Below are positions 35,858 to 43,674 of a DNA stretch of 64,000 nt, one piece after another; within the stretch, counting starts at the first letter, position 1, and the number at the start of each line of letters is the position of its first letter. Below the pieces are notes generated by a model that saw nothing but the letters and a program-made list of their open reading frames with translations, had not been told where the DNA came from and did not search any database. This stretch comes from Bacteroidota bacterium (lineage in GTDB: Bacteria > Bacteroidota > Bacteroidia > Bacteroidales > GCA-2748055): NCBI GenBank assembly GCA_049325415.1, contig JBMOLL010000053.1, positions 3,684 through 67,683 of the forward strand, written 5' to 3'. The translations under genes and the position numbers were made by a program.

Positions 35858-36036
35858 ACTTATGTAACTTAATTCGTAATGGTATCAATCGCTTACCGCT
35901 AACGGTCCGACGGTATGGACTGCGCCGACCGTTGAAGCATTATACTTTTGTATTTAGGGTTATATATAAATATACGATTTACTTTCTTTTTATCGGTAAA
36001 ACAGGCGTTGGCTATACCGTGCTTAGGTTCTGAAAA

Positions 36037-36972
36037 TTAATTGCATATTACAAAACTGAAATCAGCCAAATTGTTATCAACTTCTACACTTGAAGGAAAA
36101 GGCAATTCCCATACACATATAGTTACAAGACTCGGCAAGAAATAAAGTGATAATTTCTCGAGATCTCTGCTCTGCGAGATATCTATTTCGTTAACATCAA
36201 AATATGAAACAGTCAATTCTTTTAATTCACTACAATTCGACAAATCCAATTCGGTGATATTGACCTGTGTGCCACCTACTAATAATTCCTTTAAATGAAT
36301 ATTCCTTGAGAAATCAATATTTGTAAGTGGAGCACCTATCTTTAGGATTTCTAAATTGATATTATTCGTAATATCCAATTCAGTTAATGCATAAGTCAAC
36401 ATTTCAAAACTATACAAGTTTATATTTGTCGAGAGATCAATGTTGGTAATATTTGTAAATCCGATGTTTAGATCTCGCAGATTCTTCAAGCCAATAATAT
36501 TAAGTGTATCAATCTCATTCAAACAACAATTTATATATTCCAATTTGATATTATGAGATAGATCAATTGTCCCTTTTATACCACTGTCATAACACTTTAA
36601 ATATTTCAACTTGGGATTACTACTTAAATCTAAAGGTCCATTGATCTTATTATTACTGCAATCAAGGAAGACTAGGTTAACAAAGGCCTCAATGCCTGTC
36701 AAATCTTCAATTTTACCGAAGTTAGAAAGTACATTTTGGTGATCGAAAAGATTCAAACTGTCAACTACTTCTGCTTCCTGGAAACTGATTTCACAATCGC
36801 AATCTGAATCGTATCCAGCTGCAATCAGTTTTTCTTTAAAATTTGCATCTGGTATTGGCACATGGTATCCAGGGATAAATACAGTTCCTTCGGTGCATTT
36901 CTCTTCTAATTTCTCGCAAGAAATTATAGATAACAAAATGAAGATTATGTATGTACGAACCTTAATTCTCAT
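36037..36972 (-). CDS. leucine-rich repeat lipoprotein
   Basis: 311 aa with lipobox LLSIISCEK. The N-terminal cap IPDANFKEKLIAAGYD is followed by about nine ~22-aa LRRs of the form LxxLxLxxNxIxxIDLSxN. Confidence 0.8.
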   Translation of the reverse strand: MRIKVRTYIIFILLSIISCEKLEEKCTEGTVFIPGYHVPIPDANFKEKLIAAGYDSDCDCEISFQEAEVVDSLNLFDHQNVLSNFGKIEDLTGIEAFVNLVFLDCSNNKINGPLDLSSNPKLKYLKCYDSGIKGTIDLSHNIKLEYINCCLNEIDTLNIIGLKNLRDLNIGFTNITNIDLSTNINLYSFEMLTYALTELDITNNINLEILKIGAPLTNIDFSRNIHLKELLVGGTQVNITELDLSNCSELKELTVSYFDVNEIDISQSRDLEKLSLYFLPSLVTICVWELPFPSSVEVDNNLADFSFVICN

Positions 36973-37040
36973 TGTTGGGTTTTATGAATTAACGAACTTT
37001 TAGTTTTTTATATTGAACGAACTGGTGTGCAATTTTTTGA

Positions 37041-37190
37041 ACCTAACCTATTTATATGATCTCACCCCCTTCCCACCTGCATCGCTATCCCCCTCGACGG
37101 GGCGATATTGAGTGCCTCCTTCTCTCAACTGACTTTTACCGGGTTGAGACCGCAATACAAGTTAATCTTTAAGGGAAATATAAACAAGCC
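37041..37190. repeat. island repeat A, copy 2
   Basis: See copy 1. It lies 68 nt upstream of the LRR gene start (36972). Confidence 0.9.
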
Positions 37191-37584
37191 TTCCCGGGAA
37201 AAACTGCAGGAGGCGATGCGGGGGATTACGGGGAGGGACAGGAGGGAGGGGGCGGTTCTGACCAGCCAAAATCCAGAGAATGCAGGATTTACCCCAATAC
37301 ACCCTGGATTAGTTTTGATTTTTACAAAACACGGGAGGCCGAAGGCCTACAGACAGCAGAGGAGAAAAATAAAATGAGTACACTCCAGGTAATCCGGAAT
37401 AAATTAACCGGGAGAGCTTTTGCTGTTGGTAAACGCCAGACCCCTTATGTCGGTCTGAGTAAATTTGCAGCATAATTTTTTCTAAAAAATTTGGTTTTGC
37501 CATAGAACAGTTTTAGCTGCTGCCGTGCTGTTTCTCTGCAAACATAGGGCTCCATGTTTGCTCAGCTGCTTGCATAAGCGGTAG

Positions 37585-38352
37585 TCATGATGCACTATAT
37601 CTTGCAATTGCTACGCTGATGTTATCAATGCCACCACGCCTATTTGCAAGTGAAATTAAGTCGTTCGCTGTTTTGTAAATATTGCCCTTTACTGTTTTTA
37701 TAATCTCTTTCTCGTCAACCATACCATATAAACCATCACTACAAAGCATTAATGTTTCATCATCTATTTCTTGCTCGAAAATATCAGGTGTAACAGTTTC
37801 GGATAGGCCAAGTGCCTTAGTCAAAATATTTCTTCGTGGATGATTGATAGCTTGTTCTTTAGTGATTATTTTATTGTCCAACATTACTTGAACGGCTGAA
37901 TGATCTTTGGTAATTTGTCGGAGTGATTTATTAGGATTAATTATATATGCTCTTGAATCGCCAACATTAACAATATATATGTGATTGTCAACAATAATTG
38001 CACCAACTAAAGTTGTTCCTATATTTCCTTGTTGATTTTCTGATATTGCCCAAACCTCTTTATTTGCATCTTTTACGGCTTTAGTCAGAACATTTTCAAA
38101 TTTTATTGTGTCATTAATTGATGTGTAATAAAAAATGCTTTCAGCAACTGATTCAATAAATTTTTTTGCAGCAACTTCAGAAGCAACTTCTCCTTTTTTA
38201 AGTCCACCCATACCGTCAGCAACAACAAGAATTCCATAGTTGACTTCGTTTCTAAAACTTTGTGAATTTAAAATTAATGACGCAACACTATCTTGATTGG
38301 AAGTTCTCTCCTTGCCAATGTCTGTTTTCGTATAAAGTCTAATTGGTAGCAT
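37585..38352 (-). CDS. PP2C-family Ser/Thr phosphatase (catalytic domain only)
   Basis: 255 aa. Motifs: TDIGKERTSNQD, VVADGMGG, GTT, NVGDSR, LCSDGL, GGIDNIS. Confidence 0.9.
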   Translation of the reverse strand: MLPIRLYTKTDIGKERTSNQDSVASLILNSQSFRNEVNYGILVVADGMGGLKKGEVASEVAAKKFIESVAESIFYYTSINDTIKFENVLTKAVKDANKEVWAISENQQGNIGTTLVGAIIVDNHIYIVNVGDSRAYIINPNKSLRQITKDHSAVQVMLDNKIITKEQAINHPRRNILTKALGLSETVTPDIFEQEIDDETLMLCSDGLYGMVDEKEIIKTVKGNIYKTANDLISLANRRGGIDNISVAIARYSAS

Positions 38353-38374
38353 TCTCCTATTGTTAGAAATTTCA

Positions 38375-39202
38375 CTAAGATAATTTTTGATAAATTGGTT
38401 TTAGTGTGTCTATTACTTGTTGCATATTTTGGTATCTTTCGTTTACATTAATCTTAATCATCTTGAGAATTGCAGTATCAAGTTCGGAAGAAATAGATGA
38501 ATGATTTTGAGAGGATGGAGTTGGAACTGTATAACTCTGTCCGTTATTTTCATTAAAAACTTGAGGAAGTTTTCCTGTCATCATTTCATAAAATAATACA
38601 CCTAAAGAATAAATGTCCGTTCGCTGGTTTACTTCGCCAAATGCAGACGGATGAAACCATTGCTCAGGAGAACAATAGCCAGGAGTTCTCCACATTCCTG
38701 CAACTGTCAATGCGATTGATTCTCTGTTAACATCTTTACCGATTCCCCAATCAGCAACTTTAATTTGATTTTGTTCAGTAAATAAAAGATTAGCTGGCTT
38801 AATGTCTCTATGATAAATATTTTCTGAATGTGCCAATTTTAAAGCTTCTGCAACAGGAAGTATCACATTTCCCAATGTCCATTTTTGAGAAAAAAGTTTT
38901 TTTTGTTCAACAATAATGTTAACCATTTTGTCTTTTAAAGACCCACCAGCCATGTATTCCATTACATACCATGGACCATAATTTGGTGGATTGCCGTTTA
39001 TATTTGACTCGAAAATATTAACAACATGAGTATGATTTAGAGATTGAATAATTTTAATTTCTCTTTCAAATCGTTTTATCCTTTCAGGGTCTGGGCGCTT
39101 CAATTCCTTTAAAGCGCCTCTTTGCCCCGTCGCAGATTGAACTTCATATACCTTTCCGAATCCTCCTTCGTCAAGTATTCTTATAATATTCCAAGTTGCC
39201 AT
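38375..39202 (-). CDS. Hanks-type Ser/Thr protein kinase (catalytic domain only)
   Basis: 275 aa. Motifs: EGGFGKVY (P-loop), GALK (VAIK Lys), HRDIKPANLL, DWG in place of DFG, and CSPE (APE). Confidence 0.9.
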   Translation of the reverse strand: MATWNIIRILDEGGFGKVYEVQSATGQRGALKELKRPDPERIKRFEREIKIIQSLNHTHVVNIFESNINGNPPNYGPWYVMEYMAGGSLKDKMVNIIVEQKKLFSQKWTLGNVILPVAEALKLAHSENIYHRDIKPANLLFTEQNQIKVADWGIGKDVNRESIALTVAGMWRTPGYCSPEQWFHPSAFGEVNQRTDIYSLGVLFYEMMTGKLPQVFNENNGQSYTVPTPSSQNHSSISSELDTAILKMIKINVNERYQNMQQVIDTLKPIYQKLS

Positions 39203-39225
39203 GAGTAGTTAAATATTTATTGTGA

Positions 39226-39633
39226 TTAATTGTTTGTCATTTGTCTTACTTCGTTTGGGTTAACGAAGCCAGTAAGATGGTCTGTCTGTTTAATTTCTTT
39301 GTATCCCAAGTGTTTTGATATTTCATACAGCAAATTTAGAAAACGCATATCATATACTTTAGGGTCAAAAAGTGTTGAATTCTGACTCTCCCACAACTTT
39401 TCCTTTGCATCCATTATTTTTTTATCGTTATAAAAAATAACATCCATTATATTTAGAGCGTCCAAAATCTCATCATTCATTCTCATTTTTTTTCTTTGGG
39501 TTAGAAGCGTCAGAAATAGGTCTGTCTTTTGTCTCTTCCTTTCCCTTCTACTATTAATTACTAACGAAACTAGCATGGCAGACGTTGGCCCTGCAACAAT
39601 TGCACATATCGCTATAATTACTGGTGTCGTCAT
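39226..39633 (-). CDS. single-pass membrane protein with helical C-terminal domain (possibly DUF6680-like)
   Basis: 135 aa. An N-terminal TM helix (PVIIAICAIVAGPTSAMLVSLVI) is followed by the basic RRERKRQK and then helical blocks: LFLTLLTQRKK, ILDALNIMDVIFY, LLYEISKHLGY. The family assignment is from memory only. Confidence 0.5.
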   Translation of the reverse strand: MTTPVIIAICAIVAGPTSAMLVSLVINSRRERKRQKTDLFLTLLTQRKKMRMNDEILDALNIMDVIFYNDKKIMDAKEKLWESQNSTLFDPKVYDMRFLNLLYEISKHLGYKEIKQTDHLTGFVNPNEVRQMTNN

Positions 39634-39876
39634 TGTTTTATATATTACTTAACAAAGTTAAAAACTAAAACCTTCATTCCGTCCATATTTTTTGTTACAA
39701 TCATTTCATTTCTTTCAAATATTATAAAGTTAGCAGTGTTCTCCAACGGTTGCAGCAAACGTACCAGCGGTATTTGCAGTGCTGGTTTCAAAGCTCTTAC
39801 CTTTCAAACTGCTATTTGCTTCATTAATTCACAAAATTATAAGATCACTAGGACACCCGCATTGCTTATGACCGTG

Positions 39877-40767
39877 TTAGTGGCTGGTTTTCTTGCTTTC
39901 ATAAAAATCATCAGTATAAGAATAATGAATATTTTGTCCTGCTATATCTTCATTTAAATTGTATAATCTAGGTTTTATCTTATCGTCAATATAAAGCTTG
40001 TCATATTCATTTTTCAGCCATAGATATTTATTGTAGATGTTGGGATTTTCAAAACTATTATCTAGTCCATTAATAATAGTCTTTTTTACTCTAGTAAGAC
40101 CTATTTTTAGTCTTCTTTCGCTCATCTTTTTCCAAGATTGAAGAACCTCAAAATAAATCATTTGGTGGAATCCAACACAACCGTCACTAAAGCGCTTAAT
40201 GTATTGATGATAAGGGTATCTGTCTCTTTTTGTTGTAATTGGGTAATTTAAAAGCTTAAGCAATTTATCTGACAAAAGAATTCTTGGAAAACTAGCTGCT
40301 TTAGATTCTAGCTCATAAGCATCAATTAATCCTTGTCCAAATATTATCCCATTATCTAAATGTATGGTTCTTCCAGTTGTAATTCCACCTCTAAAAAGTA
40401 TTCCCTTTGTCATTAATCTAGCACCAACTAATGAAAGGTTTGCAATCAATGTTGATAATGTTTCATTAATTGTAGATTTATCATAGCCAACTGAAACCGC
40501 AATTGAATCTGAAAAAGAGGTACAAGCAGTTCTATTTGAGATGTCAAAATCTTCCAAATTTCTCTTTTGAGCATCCTCTTCTATTTCGATAAGTTGTAAA
40601 TCCCAATTTGAAGCATACTCTCTCTTTTTTAGAAAAACTAAAGAATCATAAATTAATTTTCTTGTGTCTGCATTTCTTTCTGATTTCTTTACAACTTCTT
40701 TGAAACCTAAAATATCAATGAATGCAACTAACCTTTCTTCATATATTATTTCATCATATGATTCCAT
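39877..40767 (-). CDS. stand-alone class-III nucleotidyl-cyclase/GGDEF-like palm-domain protein, function unknown
   Basis: 296 aa. Ordered motifs VAFIDILGF, TSFSDSIAVSV, ILFRGGITTG, GQGLIDAYELES, RILLS mirror the class III cyclase motifs FxD[IL]xGF, GDxxxA, RxG[IL]xxG and VNxAxRxE. The C-terminal ~100 aa have no recognisable motif. Confidence 0.6.
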   Translation of the reverse strand: MESYDEIIYEERLVAFIDILGFKEVVKKSERNADTRKLIYDSLVFLKKREYASNWDLQLIEIEEDAQKRNLEDFDISNRTACTSFSDSIAVSVGYDKSTINETLSTLIANLSLVGARLMTKGILFRGGITTGRTIHLDNGIIFGQGLIDAYELESKAASFPRILLSDKLLKLLNYPITTKRDRYPYHQYIKRFSDGCVGFHQMIYFEVLQSWKKMSERRLKIGLTRVKKTIINGLDNSFENPNIYNKYLWLKNEYDKLYIDDKIKPRLYNLNEDIAGQNIHYSYTDDFYESKKTSH

Positions 40768-40805
40768 ATCAGCTTATTTTTATTATCATCGTGGTGTCAA
40801 AATTA

Positions 40806-40963
40806 CCGCTAACCTATATTTATAAGTGCCCCCAACTCCCCACTCCACCCCCCAAAGGCGATATCCCAAACACTTCCTGATCTTTTCTGGCTGGCCGGGT
40901 TGAAGCGGCTATACAAGTTAGAACTTAACAAAAACAAAAACAAGCCTTTACAGCAAAATTACG
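40806..40963. repeat. island repeat A, copy 3 (diverged, at island/backbone junction)
   Basis: CCGCTAACCTATATTTATAAGTGCCCCCAACTCCCCACTCCACCCC...GGCGATAT...CCGGGTTGAAGCGGCTATACAAGTTAGAACTTAACAAAAACAAAAACAAGCCTTTACAGCAAAAT. It lies 38 nt upstream of the start at 40767. Confidence 0.75.
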
Positions 40964-41332
40964 ACCTGGTTTGGCTGTTTTGAGGGCCGTGGATGGAAGC
41001 GGGGCGGGAAATGACCGCCTGCAGGGGGCTGAAAATGCCCTCCGGGTAAGGGCGGAAAGGCTTCGCCGGACAGCCGGCCCTTCTCCGGAGGCTTCTGCGG
41101 CTGCACGGGAGTCAAAAGACAGATCCCGGGCGTTAAAAGATACTTCCTCAATGCCAAAAGATACTTTTCGATTGCCATAAGATGACTTCCGATCCATTTC
41201 GGATGGTTTTCTTAACCGCCAAGTGGGTATTCAGCGGCCCGGGTAGTATCCGGCTGTTAACCTGTTCTTCAGTTCTCCGGATACGACATAGCGGGTCGGG
41301 TAAGCGCCTTAGCACATGCGGCTGTTCGCGGC

Positions 41333-42244
41333 TCACTCCCCCGAACCGGATCCTTCTTCCTCTCCCTCCGCTATATTGAAACTGATCGAATACTTTTCCG
41401 CCAGGGTCGTAAACAGCTCAAGCTGACCCTTATCTCGCAGTTCCCTGTACATGATCCCGATCAGCTCTTCGCTATCACGGATGTAATCCGATCCCGCTAC
41501 GGCGTACATCCGGTGGGCGATGAACATGTACGACAGGCCCATTTCGTAATCCTCCATGATAAAGGCGATCTTGCCCGCCCCGAAGTAGCCTTCCGGGTCG
41601 TCTTCGTACAGGAAGATCAGCGTCCGGTAATACGCAAGCGCCGATGGGTAATCCTCCAGGATAGCATAGATCACGGCGATATTCTGCAGAGCCACCTTGC
41701 CCTCGGGAAAGATCTCCAGTGATTTTTTATAATAGCGGATGGCCTTTTTAAAGTCCTCCTGCCGGCGCCAGGATACCGCCAGGTGGTCCCAGGCAAAAAC
41801 AAAATCCCTGTCGGCCTTCACCGCCTTCCTGAACTCCTTCGCGGCCATCGCGTAATGGCCCTTTTCCAGGTAGCCGTTCCCGGATGTGTAATACGCGTTG
41901 GCCTTCTCCGAGGCAGATTCGACATAATAGATCGCCTCTTTCTCCTTCACGATCACCCTGCGCACGGGATAGCACACCGATACCAGCAGTTCATCCACCT
42001 CGGAAGAAAGGCCGGTGATGCCGTTCACGCTACCCAGGATCAGCCAGTCATCCTCCGTGCCGCCTTCCATCAGGGCAGCGAGGGAGAGGGATTTACAACT
42101 GTCGAGGCTTTCCTCAAGCTGCGAAAGCTCTTCGGGAGCGCCCAGGCAGTCGCAAACCATGGTGGCCAGTTTCTCGGCAAGCGTCTGCGCCGGCAGGCTG
42201 TTCAGCACGGCCAGACCCATTAAAACAAAAAGCACTTTTTTCAT
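41333..42244 (-). CDS. tetratricopeptide repeat protein, secreted
   Basis: 303 aa with signal peptide MKKVLFVLMGLAVLNSLPAQ. TPR-like A..Y...G......A...F..A blocks. Acidic tail EGEEEGSGSGE. Confidence 0.7.
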   Translation of the reverse strand: MKKVLFVLMGLAVLNSLPAQTLAEKLATMVCDCLGAPEELSQLEESLDSCKSLSLAALMEGGTEDDWLILGSVNGITGLSSEVDELLVSVCYPVRRVIVKEKEAIYYVESASEKANAYYTSGNGYLEKGHYAMAAKEFRKAVKADRDFVFAWDHLAVSWRRQEDFKKAIRYYKKSLEIFPEGKVALQNIAVIYAILEDYPSALAYYRTLIFLYEDDPEGYFGAGKIAFIMEDYEMGLSYMFIAHRMYAVAGSDYIRDSEELIGIMYRELRDKGQLELFTTLAEKYSISFNIAEGEEEGSGSGE

Positions 42245-42316
42245 TGTCGGAGCGGTTTATCAGGTAATACTATTTAAGCCTGTTACTTAAGTGAACGGTT
42301 ACGGCGCCCCTTCCCT

Positions 42317-43285
42317 CTATTCGATCTCCTCAATAATGATCTCTTCCTTCCTGCACATGGAAAAGACTGCATTGCCGACCGTCGATGTCCTGCAGGTATG
42401 GATGAACTTCGGCCAGCAATGGTAATAATAGCACGTATAGCTGTCATCATCGTGGATATCCACTTTCAGACCGGAGAAGATACTGTCCAGGTTATGCCGG
42501 GCCTTCTCCCTCTCCTCCCGGGAACTGTTCTCCATTCTGGCCAGCATATTTGCGGCAAAATCCTGCATGGCTTGTACAAAATCGGCCGAATCGATCTCCA
42601 TTTTACTGGCAAGGGTACCGGTGAAATTATCCTTATCCACACTTTCGATATAGAATCTACCAATCCCGTTGATCGGGGCACCGCCGAAAAAATTCGGCAG
42701 GGTGCTGACGTAATACAGGGTATCCTTCACATTCATTTCCAGTCCCAGGGGATTGTGAAAAGCAACGATCTCCTTCAGCAGCAACTGCTCAATCCCCTCC
42801 CTTCCTGCGATGGCGTCTTTGATGTCTTTTATGACCGACATCAGCTCCGGGGAAGAGTCGCCCATGTTGACGGTCAGTTTTGCAAATACGGCATCAACCA
42901 TCTCGCTGATCTCCTTCCAGTTAACCACTTCAAGGAAAGACCCGGTCCGGTCGGTCCGGTAAACGATTGTTGATATATCGGGTATGTCTGCCAGGATTCC
43001 GGCCTGTCCGGGAATGTTCGGCAGATCCGTTAAACCGCCTACATATTTCCACTCCATGGTATAGCCTTTTGCATTGGCTTTGATCACCGTCAGTTGCGCT
43101 TCATACCCCATTTCCTGCCGCGAAACCTCGGTACTGTCGCGGGTCTGAACCGATCGCTTAATGATCCGGTAGTTCTTCACCTCCCCTTTTTTCCACGAGG
43201 CCAGGAAGGGGATGACGAGTTCATCCTGCGCCCTGCCAATGCTGCATGACAGGATAAAAATTACCGAGAGTAGTATGATTTTCAC
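42317..43285 (-). CDS. hypothetical secreted protein
   Basis: 322 aa with signal peptide MKIILLSVIFILSCSIGRAQ. No recognisable motif. Confidence 0.55.
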   Translation of the reverse strand: MKIILLSVIFILSCSIGRAQDELVIPFLASWKKGEVKNYRIIKRSVQTRDSTEVSRQEMGYEAQLTVIKANAKGYTMEWKYVGGLTDLPNIPGQAGILADIPDISTIVYRTDRTGSFLEVVNWKEISEMVDAVFAKLTVNMGDSSPELMSVIKDIKDAIAGREGIEQLLLKEIVAFHNPLGLEMNVKDTLYYVSTLPNFFGGAPINGIGRFYIESVDKDNFTGTLASKMEIDSADFVQAMQDFAANMLARMENSSREEREKARHNLDSIFSGLKVDIHDDDSYTCYYYHCWPKFIHTCRTSTVGNAVFSMCRKEEIIIEEIE

Positions 43286-43674
43286 AGTATCAAAAGGTCT
43301 GACAACGACACTAAAGGTTAAACTCCATGATAATTCTCATTCAATAAAAAGCTGCTTCTCCACGAAATCACTGAACAGGGAAAACGACTTCTCATAAATA
43401 TCCTCACAGGTATCCAGCATTAAAACATAAAAGATCCTTCCCCTGAAGCGATCCTTGCTTTCGCCCGCTTTGTAACAGGACAGTTTGCCGGGATCACCGG
43501 ATGGCAGGCTCCGGATTCCCAACCCCCAGGCTTTCTCCGATCATGAATTTAAGAAGTTTGCCTGATAAATCAAAACCCTGGTCCGTTTTAAAGGGAAAAT
43601 TCCTGCATTCAAGTCAGGAAAGCATTTTTAAACCGGGAGCAAGGTTCAGCAATCCGGGATCCCGCCAGGCACCA

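Larger units (their letters stand above)
31522..40805. other. AT-rich genomic island (11 co-oriented minus-strand genes, no mobility genes)
   Basis: Composition shifts abruptly. I counted 16/60 G+C for 38401-38460, against 35/60 for backbone line 5041-5100. All ORFs lie on the minus strand. Intergenic repeats A and B recur. Confidence 0.8.

Noticed and set aside
31522-40963. Classical integron, prophage, ICE or transposon explanation for the AT-rich island
   Set aside because: No intI or other tyrosine or serine recombinase is present. There is no transposase, tRNA, conjugation gene or phage structural gene, and no clear terminal direct or inverted repeats. Only the weaker cassette-like (CALIN-like) reading is kept, as a finding to be tested.
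40925-41336. Overlapping ORFs 40925..41197(-), 40948..41178(-), 40971..41180(+), 41148..41336(-) and 41182..41379(+) as genes at the island's right junction
   Set aside because: Several frames are open over the same GC-rich stretch. The translations are low-complexity (Pro/Arg/Ala/Ser), and the region continues from repeat A3. It is more likely non-coding or decayed sequence. The same applies to 37108..37377(+) and 37309..37503(-), which cover repeat A2 and an R1 fragment, and to 15553..15801(+), which covers R1.
43337-43522. 61-aa minus-strand ORF (…RIFYVLMLDTCEDIYEKSFSLFSDFVEKQLFIE) in the 390-nt gap after 42317-43285
   Set aside because: The C-terminal half looks protein-like, but there is no recognisable motif and no convincing start context. 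It may be a gene remnant. The support is insufficient to call a CDS.
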